Shown: positions 8,723-17,236, counted from the stretch's first letter. The stretch is DNA of 32,000 nucleotides from Gemmata obscuriglobus (GCF_008065095.1 NZ_CP042911.1:5460001-5492000); one strand, 5' to 3'. The notes: a model not told the origin generated them from the letters alone. Numbers and translations: made by a program.

Positions 8723-9537
8723 GGCTTGCCCCCCGCCGGAGGCAGCGCCTTCTCCAGCGCCCGGATCACCAGTTGGAGCAGCTCGATGTCCTCGCGCTCC
8801 ATCTGGCGGATCTTGTCCTGCAGCAGGGCCAATTCGGACTTCTGCGTGGAGATGATGCCCCGCGCCTTGTCCACCTCCGCCTGCGCGGACTCGACCTCGC
8901 GGAGCGCCTCCATCAGGGCCTGCTCGCGGGCCGCCCCCTGGCGCTCCAACTCGACGATCCGGCTCGACAGCTCGCGGTTCTGGGCCAGCACCAGCTCCAG
9001 TTGCCGCGTCAGCTCGAATACCCGGTCGGCGGGCACCTCGCCCGGCCGGAGATCCAGCCGCCCGCCGCGCCACGTCGGATCGAACCGGCTGTTCGGCCCG
9101 GCCCCGTCGCCCGGCGCGGCGAGCCCCGGCCCGAGCGGCGCGGGCGCCGGTGTGCCTGGTGCCGTTAGCCCGGCCGCGCCCGGAGGCGCGGCGGGTACCG
9201 GCGAGGCCGCCGCCGTGCGAGGCGGCTGCGTCCCGGGGGGCAACATCCCGGGCGGTGGTAGTGTCCCGGCGGGCGGCTGCGGCGGCTGGTAAGCCCCGAC
9301 CGTCTTGCCGCCGGCCAGATCGCCGCGCCCGCCCCCTGCCGGGTCCGCGGTCTGGGTCCCGCCGGCCTGTACGATCCCGCCGGCCCCGCCCCCGCCATTA
9401 TCGAGGCCGGGCGGGGTGGATTTGCCGAGCGGCGGCGGTACCGGTGCGGCGGGCCGCAATCCGCTCAGAGGCATACACCCCGTCGCGACCGCGGCGAGCG
9501 CGCACAGGCCCGACAGGATGATGTTCCGTCGGTTCAC
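8719..9537 (-). CDS. Putative lipoprotein (272 aa): Pro/Gly-rich linker plus C-terminal ~100-aa coiled coil
   Basis: GTG start at 9537, preceded by GGGAGGGAG. VNRRNIILSGLCALAAVATGC is a signal peptide with a lipobox. About 140 aa are P/G/A-rich low complexity. This is followed by the heptad-like ELTRQLELVLAQNRELSSRIVELERQGAAREQALMEALREVESAQAEVDKARGIISTQKSELALLQDKIRQMEREDIELLQLVIRALE. Confidence 0.55.
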   Translation of the reverse strand: MNRRNIILSGLCALAAVATGCMPLSGLRPAAPVPPPLGKSTPPGLDNGGGGAGGIVQAGGTQTADPAGGGRGDLAGGKTVGAYQPPQPPAGTLPPPGMLPPGTQPPRTAAASPVPAAPPGAAGLTAPGTPAPAPLGPGLAAPGDGAGPNSRFDPTWRGGRLDLRPGEVPADRVFELTRQLELVLAQNRELSSRIVELERQGAAREQALMEALREVESAQAEVDKARGIISTQKSELALLQDKIRQMEREDIELLQLVIRALEKALPPAGGKP

Positions 9538-9574
9538 GGCTCCCTCCCTGGAGCAAAAATTCTGGAATCGGCCG

Positions 9575-9784
9575 TCAGTACTCGCACCGGATGCGGATCC
9601 GTTCCCCACAGGTGCAAGTTACCTCTAGCGCCTGGATCAGGTCGCCCTCGCGGACGACCCGCACCGTCGGCTCGTGGCCCCCGCCCGTCGGGGCGGGGGC
9701 GCCGATCCGAACCGGCTCCCCCGTGACCCGAACGCGGGCGGCCCGCACGACCGGGCCGCCGCCCCCGGCTGGTCCCTCGTCCAT
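9575..9784 (-). CDS. Small hypothetical protein (69 aa), Gly-rich N-terminus, C-terminal ...EVTCTCGERIRIRCEY
   Basis: ATG at 9784 with AGGAGG 6 nt upstream. It is co-directional with flgL (120 nt upstream) and the lipoprotein gene (37 nt downstream). I recognise no family. Confidence 0.45.
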   Translation of the reverse strand: MDEGPAGGGGPVVRAARVRVTGEPVRIGAPAPTGGGHEPTVRVVREGDLIQALEVTCTCGERIRIRCEY

Positions 9785-9904
9785 GCCTGCCTCCTGCGAA
9801 CTGCGCCCGCGAAGACGCGATCCCTTGTGCGTTGAAGGCACGTGCTATAAGCGGGCGCCCGCGCCGTGTCAACGGCTGTTGCCGCGGGGCGCGAACGGGC
9901 CGGC

Positions 9905-10840
9905 TCAGCGGCCGATGAAGTCGAGCAGGCCCGGGTCGGCGAGCTGCGCGGTCACCGCGTAAATCGCTTGCAGCGCGGTGCTCGCCTCTTGCATCTTCAC
10001 GACCGCCTCGGCGTAATCGGTCCCCTCCAGGTCGCCCACCCGGCTGTCGAAGTCCAGCTTCGAATCGCTGATCACGTTGGACAGAGTGCTCAGCGTGGCC
10101 AGGTTCCCGGCCTGCTCGCCGATCGTCGCGCTGATCGAGTCGCGGGCCGCGGTCAGGTCCGTGATCCGCTGGTCCAGGGCCTGGTTGAACGTGGCGCTCG
10201 AACCGGACGTGCCGCGCAAGTCGTCCCGCAGTGCGATCAGGCTCGCGAACACGTCCGCCCCGGGCTGCTGGAACACCTCGCTGCCGACGTAGCGGGTGTC
10301 GACGGTGGTGCCGCGCCCGGTCACCACCCGGGCGCGCTGGTCGGCGCCGTCGTACACGACCGTCGCGGGGCGCCCCTGGGCGTCGGTGGTCGCCACCCGG
10401 AACGCGTTGGTGTCCAGCGCGGTGCCCGAGAACAGGGAGGAGCCGTCGGGCCGGCTGTTGACCGTGATCAGGGCGCGGGAGATGAGGCTGTCGACCTCGG
10501 AGGCGAGCGCCTCGCGGCTCTCCGGTTGGGTGCTCGCGTCGTTCGCCTCCAGGGCGATGTTCTTGGCCCGCACCAGGATGTCGTTCACGTCCTGAAGGGT
10601 GGAGACGCCCGAGTTCAGAACCGCGGTCGACTCGCTGACCGTACCCGCATAGCTCTTGAGCCGGTTCGACGCGGCCTTCGCCTCCGTCAGCGCGGGGTAC
10701 TTGCTCGGGTCGTCGGACGCCTTCTCGATCCGCACGCCGGAGGACACCTGGTCGTAGAACTTGGCCAGGTCGGCGCTGCGGAGCCGGATGTTCGCGATCG
10801 CGTTGCTGTTTTGGGTAAGGGCCGTGACGCGCAGGTTCAT
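9905..10840 (-). CDS. flgL: Flagellar hook-associated protein 3 (hook-filament junction) FlgL
   Basis: Flagellin-type N-terminus MNLRVTALTQNSNAIANIRLRSADLAKFYDQVSSGVRIEKASDDP and a flagellin-like C-terminal helix (...ALQAIYAVTAQLADPGLLDFIGR). It lies directly after flgK. ATG at 10840 with AAGAGGAA upstream. Confidence 0.88.
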   Translation of the reverse strand: MNLRVTALTQNSNAIANIRLRSADLAKFYDQVSSGVRIEKASDDPSKYPALTEAKAASNRLKSYAGTVSESTAVLNSGVSTLQDVNDILVRAKNIALEANDASTQPESREALASEVDSLISRALITVNSRPDGSSLFSGTALDTNAFRVATTDAQGRPATVVYDGADQRARVVTGRGTTVDTRYVGSEVFQQPGADVFASLIALRDDLRGTSGSSATFNQALDQRITDLTAARDSISATIGEQAGNLATLSTLSNVISDSKLDFDSRVGDLEGTDYAEAVVKMQEASTALQAIYAVTAQLADPGLLDFIGR

Positions 10841-10931
10841 TGGGAAGTTCCTCTTAGTTTGGGGCGCGGGCCGGCGCATCAGGCCCCGGTGCCGGTCGCG
10901 CCGGCGGGGCCAGGGGTGCGGGCCGTGACAG

Positions 10932-12620
10932 TTAGATGATGTTGAACAGGGCGTCCATCGAGGTGTTCACGACGGACAGGTACTTGGACGCGCCCTGGAT
11001 CATGCGCTGGAACGCGAGCAGCTTGAGCAGCTCCTCGTTCGTGTCCACGCCGACGGTAGCCTGCTCCTGAGTGGCCAGTTCGCGGAGCGCGCTGGTCTGG
11101 GTGGTCTGCAGGTCGTCGAACGAGTTGATGCTGCTCCCCAAGGTGGCCGCGATGTCCGCGAAATCCTGGGTGAGCGTGCGGGTGGCGACCGCCTGGACGT
11201 CGCGGACCGCGCCGAGCCGCTCGAGGTTCGTGCCGTCGCCCACCTCGCCGGTCCGCCCGGCCGCCAGCAGCGTCGGGTCGGCGGAGATCGTGGGGCTGAC
11301 CCGGATGCTGGCCGCACTGCTCCCGACGAACAGCCCGTTGACCCCCAGGGCGACGAGCAGCCCCGAGGTGTCGGTGTTCGCCACAGCCCCCGGCCCGGCC
11401 GGCAGCGTGTCGCGCCCGGCGAAGTCGAACGAGAACCCGGCCTGGGCCTGGATGTCCAGCGTGTTGGAGGTCGCGTTGACCGTCGCCGTCAGCCCGGGCA
11501 CCGCGCTCAGCGCGGTGGCGATGTCCGTCAGGCTCTGCGTGGCGGGGTTGATGGCGACGGCCGTGTTGGTGCGGGTCGCGGGGGAGACGTTGTTGTTCGT
11601 CACGCTCACCGTGAGCGTCCCGGCCTGGACCGAGAACGGCAGCCCGGCCGCGTTCAGCGGCGCGGTCACCGACGACGCCTGGTTGGTGCCGCTCAGGCTG
11701 GTGATCGGCGTCGAGCCGAGCCCGGTCGCCTGCACCTGGTTCACCTTTTGGATCAGTTGACCGGCGAGCGTGTCGAGCCGGGCCCGCAGGGCCGGGATGT
11801 CGGTGTTAAAGGACTGCACGTCCCCCGCCAGCGAGCCGGAGCGGAACGTGCGGGTGGCGGCCGCACTCGTGTCGGTGATGACGATGTCGTCGTTGGCGTT
11901 CTGCGACACCGTGAACCGGTTCGCGAACTCGCCGACCACCACCGCGGAGTCGCCCGAGATGACGTTGATCTGCCCGTTCGGCACCTCGACGATTTTGACA
12001 TCGATGAGCTTCGACAGGTCGTCGATGGCCACGTCACGCTGGTCGCGGAGGTCGTTGGCCGTCAGGCCCCGGTTCTCTTTCGTGAGGATCTGCGTGTTCA
12101 GGCTCGCGATGCGGGTGGCCAGGGTGTTCACCTGGTCCACCGTGGCCCCGATCTTACGGCCGAGGTCGGACCGGAGCCGGTCGATGTCTCCGGCGGTCGC
12201 GTTGAGTTGGTTCGACAGGTCGGTCGCGGCGGTGAGGATGGTCCGGCGGGAGGCGAGGCTGTCCGGGCGGGCGGTCAGCTCCTCGACCTGGTTGAAGAAG
12301 CTCTCCAGTTTGTCGCCGACCCCGCCCTGGCCGGTGGCCAGCGCGGTCTCGATCTGCCGGTTGGTGTCAAGCAGCGCGGTGTACCGCCCCTGATCACCGT
12401 TGCCGGTCAGGACCGCGGTCCGCACCGCGGGGAGCGAGTACCGGGTGACCGAGCCGATGTCGACACCGGTCACGTTCGGGCCGGTGGTGCGGCTCACGAG
12501 TTGCGGGTCCACGCGGTGGTACCCGGGGGTGGTCGCGTTCGCGACGTTCTGGCCGATCAGGTCGAGCGCCTTTTGCGCCGTGGCGATCGCCGAGGTGCCG
12601 ATGGCGTAGCTGTTCGTCAT
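10932..12620 (-). CDS. flgK: Flagellar hook-associated protein 1 FlgK
   Basis: N-terminus MTNSYAIGTSAIATAQKALDLIGQNVANATTPGYHR (flagellar rod/hook N-terminal motif) and C-terminus ...LLAFQRMIQGASKYLSVVNTSMDALFNII. The ATG at 12620 overlaps the flgN stop (ATGA). Confidence 0.9.
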   Translation of the reverse strand: MTNSYAIGTSAIATAQKALDLIGQNVANATTPGYHRVDPQLVSRTTGPNVTGVDIGSVTRYSLPAVRTAVLTGNGDQGRYTALLDTNRQIETALATGQGGVGDKLESFFNQVEELTARPDSLASRRTILTAATDLSNQLNATAGDIDRLRSDLGRKIGATVDQVNTLATRIASLNTQILTKENRGLTANDLRDQRDVAIDDLSKLIDVKIVEVPNGQINVISGDSAVVVGEFANRFTVSQNANDDIVITDTSAAATRTFRSGSLAGDVQSFNTDIPALRARLDTLAGQLIQKVNQVQATGLGSTPITSLSGTNQASSVTAPLNAAGLPFSVQAGTLTVSVTNNNVSPATRTNTAVAINPATQSLTDIATALSAVPGLTATVNATSNTLDIQAQAGFSFDFAGRDTLPAGPGAVANTDTSGLLVALGVNGLFVGSSAASIRVSPTISADPTLLAAGRTGEVGDGTNLERLGAVRDVQAVATRTLTQDFADIAATLGSSINSFDDLQTTQTSALRELATQEQATVGVDTNEELLKLLAFQRMIQGASKYLSVVNTSMDALFNII

Positions 12621-13138
12621 GTGATGGTTCCGCGTCTCAGGAGGGGCTGATTCGGCGCCGGCGGCAGCCACTGACCAGAGGGGCCGTACCGGATTGGGGT
12701 GTCGTCCGCGCCGCATTCGGCGAGCACGTCCCGAAAGAATGATCGGAGGTGACCGAGAAGATTTGCGTTCCGCGTCTGAATCCGGTTCAGCTCGGCGGCG
12801 AGCGCCGCGAGCCTCGCGCGGGCGGCCCGGACCGGTTCCGCCTGGGGCTCCGGGAGCCGCTCGGCGAGGGCCGCGAGGGTGACCTGTTCGGGCGCGAGTT
12901 CCAGGGCCGCGGCCAGGGCGCCGGTCGCCCCGAGCCGGGCCGCGGACGCGGCCCTCAGCCCGGCCGCGATCCGCTCCTGTTCGGCACCCAGCCCGTGGGC
13001 CTCGGGGACCGCGCCGCGCCGCAGCGCGGCGTACAGCTCCTGGCCCTTTTCAATGGCGGCGGTGAGGAGCTGTTCCTCAGCCGCCAGGTGGTGCAGAAAC
13101 GGCTCGACCGGAGCCGACGGCGCTGAGAGCGTGAGCAT
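12617..13138 (-). CDS. flgN: FlgN-like flagellar export chaperone
   Basis: A 173-aa all-helical Ala/Leu-rich protein (LLTAAIEKGQELYAALRRG...LAALAAELNRIQTRNANLLGHLRSFFRDVL). It sits immediately upstream of, and translationally coupled to, flgK, which is the canonical FlgN position. Confidence 0.7.
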   Translation of the reverse strand: MLTLSAPSAPVEPFLHHLAAEEQLLTAAIEKGQELYAALRRGAVPEAHGLGAEQERIAAGLRAASAARLGATGALAAALELAPEQVTLAALAERLPEPQAEPVRAARARLAALAAELNRIQTRNANLLGHLRSFFRDVLAECGADDTPIRYGPSGQWLPPAPNQPLLRRGTIT

Positions 13139-13481
13139 CGGTGTGCGTTACCGGCTTGGGTGCGGCGCCGGTCTCCTGCATCTGGCGAACGAGCGCGGAC
13201 GCGAGGCCGATCCCGCCGGCCCCCGCGAGGTGGCGCCCCAGGTAAAGGTCGAACAGGCCGCCCTGCACGTCGCCGGTGTCGCCGGGGAACATCCCCCCGC
13301 CCTCGCCCTCGTCCAGGGTCTGGCGCATCTCTTTGAGCAACATCGAGAGGAAGGTGGCTTCCATCTCGCCGGCCATGTCCTTGACACGCGCGACGGCCTT
13401 GTCCGTAACCGTAGCACCCGGCTTGCCCAGCGCGGGGGCCGAAATTGAGGCCGAGGACACAATACTTTCCGCCCCGATCAT
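13077..13481 (-). CDS. flgJ: Rod-binding protein (FlgJ N-terminal domain only, no muramidase domain)
   Basis: EMEATFLSMLLKEMRQT...GGLFDLYLGRHLAGAGGIGLASALVRQM matches the Rod-binding (FlgJ N-terminal) signature. GGAGGAAAA lies upstream of the ATG at 13481. The ORF overlaps the flgN start by 62 nt. Confidence 0.8.
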   Translation of the reverse strand: MIGAESIVSSASISAPALGKPGATVTDKAVARVKDMAGEMEATFLSMLLKEMRQTLDEGEGGGMFPGDTGDVQGGLFDLYLGRHLAGAGGIGLASALVRQMQETGAAPKPVTHTDAHALSAVGSGRAVSAPPGG

Positions 13482-13563
13482 AGTTTTCCTCCGCGGGTTT
13501 AAGTGCGTTCCGGGGTGCCGGGTTCGGGGCGCGCCGCGGGGCCGCCCCGGACCCGGCGCGGGC

Positions 13564-14670
13564 TCACTCGATGACCACTTCCGCGTGCAGCGCGCCGGCC
13601 TTCTTCATCATCTGGAACACGGCTATCAGGTCGCGCGGTGTGACCCCCAGCGCGTTCATCGAGCGGGCCACGTCCGCTACGGTGGTCGATTTCGGCAGCG
13701 GCAGCAGGCGGGCCTGCTGCTCGCTGCCGGTCACCTGGGTCCGCGGCACCACCACCGTGCCGCCGCCCGAGAACGGCGGGGGCTGCGAGATCAGCGGCGT
13801 GATCGACACCCCGATGTACAGGTTCCCGTGCGCGATGGCCGTCGGGGAGATGGTCACGTTCTCGCCCGCCACCACCGTCCCGGTGCGCTCGTTGATGACC
13901 ACCCGGGCGGTCGTGTCGGGGCGCACCTCGAACAGCCCCACCTCGGCGATGAACTGGGTCGCGGTCTTACTCAGGTCGGTCGGCTGGCACAAGGCCACGG
14001 CCCCCGGGTCGGTGGCGACCGCGGTGCCCGGGTACCGGTCGTTGATCGTCTTCGCGATCATCCGCGCCGTGTTCGGGTCGGGGTCCTTCAGCAGGAGGGT
14101 GGCCTTGCCGTCGCGAACGAGTTCGCCCGGCGCCTCCTTCTCGATGATCCCGCCGCTCGGGACCCGGCCGACGTTGACGTGGTTCTTCTGCACGCCGCCG
14201 CCGCCGACGGTGACCGAGAACCCGCCGACCGACAGCGGCCCCTGGGCCAGCGCGTACACGTTCCCGTCCGCCCCGCGCAGGGGCGTGAAGATCAGGGTGC
14301 CGCCCTGGAGGCTGCGGGCGTCGTCGATCGCGGACACGGTCACGTCCACCCGCGACCCCTTCCGCGCGAACGGCCCGATCTCGGCCGTCACCAGCACCGC
14401 CGAGATGCTGGTGGAGCGGATCACCGACTCGGCCGGGAGCTGGCTGAAGATCTGCGTGCTGGTGCCCATGCGCTGGAGCAGGTCGACCGCCACCTGCTGC
14501 GTGAAGGTGCTGCGGCTCCCGGTGCCGTCGAGGCCGACCACCAGGCCGAACCCGTACAACTGGTTTGCCCGCGCGCCGGACACGTCGGTGATGTCCTTGA
14601 TCCGCGCCTGCGCGGACGCCTGCGAGACCGCCGCCAGCGAGACCACCGCCGCGATGAGAAGCCGGTACAT
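13564..14670 (-). CDS. flgI: Flagellar P-ring protein FlgI
   Basis: Signal peptide followed by RIKDITDVSGARANQLYGFGLVVGLDGTGS, and the C-terminal MNALGVTPRDLIAVFQMMKKAGALHAEVVIE. These are canonical FlgI sequences. Confidence 0.95.
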   Translation of the reverse strand: MYRLLIAAVVSLAAVSQASAQARIKDITDVSGARANQLYGFGLVVGLDGTGSRSTFTQQVAVDLLQRMGTSTQIFSQLPAESVIRSTSISAVLVTAEIGPFARKGSRVDVTVSAIDDARSLQGGTLIFTPLRGADGNVYALAQGPLSVGGFSVTVGGGGVQKNHVNVGRVPSGGIIEKEAPGELVRDGKATLLLKDPDPNTARMIAKTINDRYPGTAVATDPGAVALCQPTDLSKTATQFIAEVGLFEVRPDTTARVVINERTGTVVAGENVTISPTAIAHGNLYIGVSITPLISQPPPFSGGGTVVVPRTQVTGSEQQARLLPLPKSTTVADVARSMNALGVTPRDLIAVFQMMKKAGALHAEVVIE

Positions 14671-14710
14671 GTGTCCCCCAGGAAGAAGAGGGCAGCGAAC
14701 GGAGGGCGGC

Positions 14711-14860
14711 GGTCAGAGGGCGGAAGACGGAAGCACAGGGGGAGCTGCCCGAATCGAAGGGCACTCGGCACCTGTTCGCCACCTGGTCCGCCCCGGCCGC
14801 CGTCTTTTGCCCCCGGCCTCTGTCCTCTGACCTCTGTCTTCTGACCCCTGTGTTCTGACC
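14711..14860 (-). repeat. Structured flgH-flgI intergenic region: three tandem 14-nt units plus a degenerate inverted copy
   Basis: On the + strand: TCTGTCCTCTGACC (14819-14832), TCTGTCTTCTGACC (14833-14846) and CCTGTGTTCTGACC (14847-14860), abutting the flgH stop. GGTCAGAGGGCGGAAGACGGAAGCACAGGGGG at 14711-14742 is a degenerate reverse complement. Confidence 0.7.
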
Positions 14861-15514
14861 TTACGGGCGCAGCAGGTTGCCGAGCCGCCCGAGGTAGCTC
14901 TGCCGCGTGGTGCGGCTGCCGGGGCCTCGGCCCAGGTAGCTGACGCGGAAGTTGGCCACGTTCCCGGACCCGACCACGTTGCCCACGCCGATGTCCTGCT
15001 GGCGCACGATCCCGGTGAGGCGGAGCACCCGCTCCTCGCCCTGCACCACCCGGCTCTTGTACCCCTCGACCACCAGGTTCCCGTTCGGCATGATGTCCAC
15101 CACCGTCACCGCCATGCGGTCGGTGAACGTGTGGGTCACGGTGCTCTGGGCGGCGCCGTTGAAGTTCAGGCTGGTCGAGCCGCCGGGGAGCGTGAACCCG
15201 ACGCCGCTGGAGTTCACCGTGCCCAGCCCGGTGCCGCCGCCCCCGCCGTTGTTGTTCGGGGTGACGTTGCCGCCGCCGAAGAACTGCACGTTGCCGCCCG
15301 ACGTGGCCGTGCGGTTGAGCTGTCGCGCGTCCTGCTCGTTGGACACCGTGTTCTCGGTGATGGTCACGACGAGCACGTCGCCGACGGCGCGGGCCCGGTT
15401 GTCCTGGAACAGGTAGGCGTACCGCGGGTCGCGGCGCTCCCACAGGGAGTCCGCCCGGCTGGTGGCGACCGCCGCCACCGCCGCAAGGAGCGCTGCCAGT
15501 GCTAATCGCCTCAC
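14861..15514 (-). CDS. flgH: Flagellar L-ring protein FlgH
   Basis: The GTG at 15514 overlaps the flgA stop (GTGA) and GGGAGG lies upstream. Signal peptide VRRLALAALLAAVAAVATSRA. FlgH core: LFQDNRARAVGDVLVVTITENT...MAVTVVDIMPNGNLVVEGYKSRVVQGEERVLRLTGIVRQQDI. The ORF-track extension to 16420 is out-of-frame flgA. Confidence 0.88.
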   Translation of the reverse strand: MRRLALAALLAAVAAVATSRADSLWERRDPRYAYLFQDNRARAVGDVLVVTITENTVSNEQDARQLNRTATSGGNVQFFGGGNVTPNNNGGGGGTGLGTVNSSGVGFTLPGGSTSLNFNGAAQSTVTHTFTDRMAVTVVDIMPNGNLVVEGYKSRVVQGEERVLRLTGIVRQQDIGVGNVVGSGNVANFRVSYLGRGPGSRTTRQSYLGRLGNLLRP

Positions 15515-16359
15515 GGCGTGGTACCTCCCAGTTCGATCACGAGCTTCCCGGCCCCGGTGACCTTCGCGGGCACCAGTTTCTTCGACTCGCTGTTCTGCAC
15601 CATCACGGTCTGGCCGAGGAGCCCGTCGCTCTGGGCCTCGCCGGTCATGATCATCTTCAGCCCGACGCTGCTGACGCTCACCTCGACCCGCTGCCGGGCC
15701 CGCACCAGCACCTCGTTCGGGTTGGCGGGGGTCGTGCCCCCTGCCTGTTGCACCTGCGGGTCGGCCCGCGGGCCGTCCGTCACGTTCACGTGCAGGGCCA
15801 TGCCGAGCAGGGTCTCGCCCCCGCACGCGATCGTCACGTCCATCTGCACCCGGCCGGTGGTGCGCCCGCGCGGCTTCGCGGTGATCGTCACCCGCTCGTC
15901 CGCGGGCACCTCCGGGAGCTTCACCACGACCGGCTGCGCGAGTTCGACCGTGGCCCCCGAGCCCGGGGGCAGTTGGCGGAGCAGTTCGGCCCGGGCCGCG
16001 GCGAGCACCTCGTCGGCCGTAACCGAGCGCCGGGCCGGTGTGACCGTGACGCGGTCCGCACCGGTCACTCGCACCGCGCCCGCGTCGAAGCCGGCCAGTT
16101 CCAGCCGGTAGCAGACGGACAGCCTTCCCACCACGGTACCCGCGCTGCGGGCTTTGAGTTCGAAGAGGTCCACCTTCGCCACCCGCGCCCGGGTGCCGGC
16201 GTCGCCGCCGGAAATGAGCGCCACGTCCCCCACGGTGATGAGGTTCGTGCCGACGGTCGCGGACGGGTTCAATTCGACCACCACCGGATCGCCGGCCCGC
16301 GCCGCGAGCGGCGCGAGGGCCGCAACGGCGGCCGCCAGCAGGTATCGGAAGCTCCGCAT
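15511..16359 (-). CDS. flgA: Flagellar basal-body P-ring formation chaperone FlgA (SAF domain)
   Basis: Has a signal peptide MRSFRYLLAAAVAALAPLAARA and the expected position between flgG and flgH. The C-terminal part (VLVRARQRVEVSVSSVGLKMIMTGEAQSDGLLGQTVMVQNSESKKLVPAKVTG) is typical of the FlgA/SAF family. Confidence 0.8.
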   Translation of the reverse strand: MRSFRYLLAAAVAALAPLAARAGDPVVVELNPSATVGTNLITVGDVALISGGDAGTRARVAKVDLFELKARSAGTVVGRLSVCYRLELAGFDAGAVRVTGADRVTVTPARRSVTADEVLAAARAELLRQLPPGSGATVELAQPVVVKLPEVPADERVTITAKPRGRTTGRVQMDVTIACGGETLLGMALHVNVTDGPRADPQVQQAGGTTPANPNEVLVRARQRVEVSVSSVGLKMIMTGEAQSDGLLGQTVMVQNSESKKLVPAKVTGAGKLVIELGGTTP

Positions 16360-16444
16360 CCGTGCGCTCCGCAGGAACGTGAAGGGCGTGCGAGGGGCGC
16401 GGCCGCCCTGGCGGCCGCACCGAGTGCCCCGCAGGGAGAAGCCG

Positions 16445-17236
16445 TTAACGGATCAGGTCCGTAGTCGAGGCCAGCATGTTGTCGGCGGTGCGCACGGCCC
16501 GGGTGTTGAACTCGTAGGCCCGCTGCGCCAGGATCAGGTTGATCAGTTCCGTCACCACATCCACGTTCGACCGCTCCAGAAACCCCTGGCGGGTGAACCC
16601 GACGCCGTTCTGGCCCGGGGTGGCGATGAGCGGGGTGCCCGACGACGCCGTTTCGGCGAACAGGTTGCGCCCCTCGGCGCTCAACCCGGCGGGGTTCTGG
16701 AACCGCACCAGGGTGAGCTGGCCCAGCACCGTCGAGGCGTTCAGCGCGCCTGCGTTCTGCACCGAGATCGTGCCGTCGGAGCCGACCGACACGGACACGG
16801 CCTGGGTCGGGATGGTCACCTGCGGGGAGATCAGGAACCCGTCGCTGGTGACCAGGTTCCCCTGCGCGTTCAGCCGCAGCGCGCCGTCGCGGGTGTAGCG
16901 GAGTTCGCCGCTCGGGAGCGTCACCTGGAAGAACCCCTCCCCCTCGACGGCCACGTCGAACGGGTTCTGGGTGTTGACCAGCGCGCCCGGCGTGAACACC
17001 TTCGTGATGCCCGCGACCCGCGCCCCGCTGCCGATCTGGAGCCCCGTGGGCACCTGGAGCCCGGCGGCCGCGTCGGACCCCGGCGCCCGCTGGCTCACGT
17101 ACAACAGGTCCTGGAAGTCGGCCTGCCCTTTCTTGAACCCGTTGGTGTTGACGTTCGCGATGTTGTTCGACGTATTGTCGATCGCGGTGGTCTGGACGTT
17201 CATCCCGGTGGCGCTGGTGAACAGTGCCTTGATCAT
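16445..17236 (-). CDS. flgG: Flagellar distal rod protein FlgG
   Basis: MIKALFTSATGMNVQTTAIDNTSNNIANVNTNGFKK... and the C-terminal LERSNVDVVTELINLILAQRAYEFNTRAVRTADNMLASTTDLIR are canonical FlgG termini. Confidence 0.95.
   Translation of the reverse strand: MIKALFTSATGMNVQTTAIDNTSNNIANVNTNGFKKGQADFQDLLYVSQRAPGSDAAAGLQVPTGLQIGSGARVAGITKVFTPGALVNTQNPFDVAVEGEGFFQVTLPSGELRYTRDGALRLNAQGNLVTSDGFLISPQVTIPTQAVSVSVGSDGTISVQNAGALNASTVLGQLTLVRFQNPAGLSAEGRNLFAETASSGTPLIATPGQNGVGFTRQGFLERSNVDVVTELINLILAQRAYEFNTRAVRTADNMLASTTDLIR

Noticed and set aside
7600-9073. Long N-terminal extensions of the fliL ORF (to 7926) and the lipoprotein ORF (to 9073)
   Set aside because: The internal starts have good RBSs or ATGA coupling and give proper TM or lipobox N-termini. 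The extensions are low-complexity Arg/Pro/Gly and overlap the neighbouring genes.
15515-16420. N-terminal 302-aa extension of the FlgH ORF (track ORF 14861..16420)
   Set aside because: The extension is an alternative frame of flgA and is Arg/Gly/Pro-rich. A GTG with a GGGAGG RBS at 15514 gives a normal signal peptide and a 217-aa FlgH.
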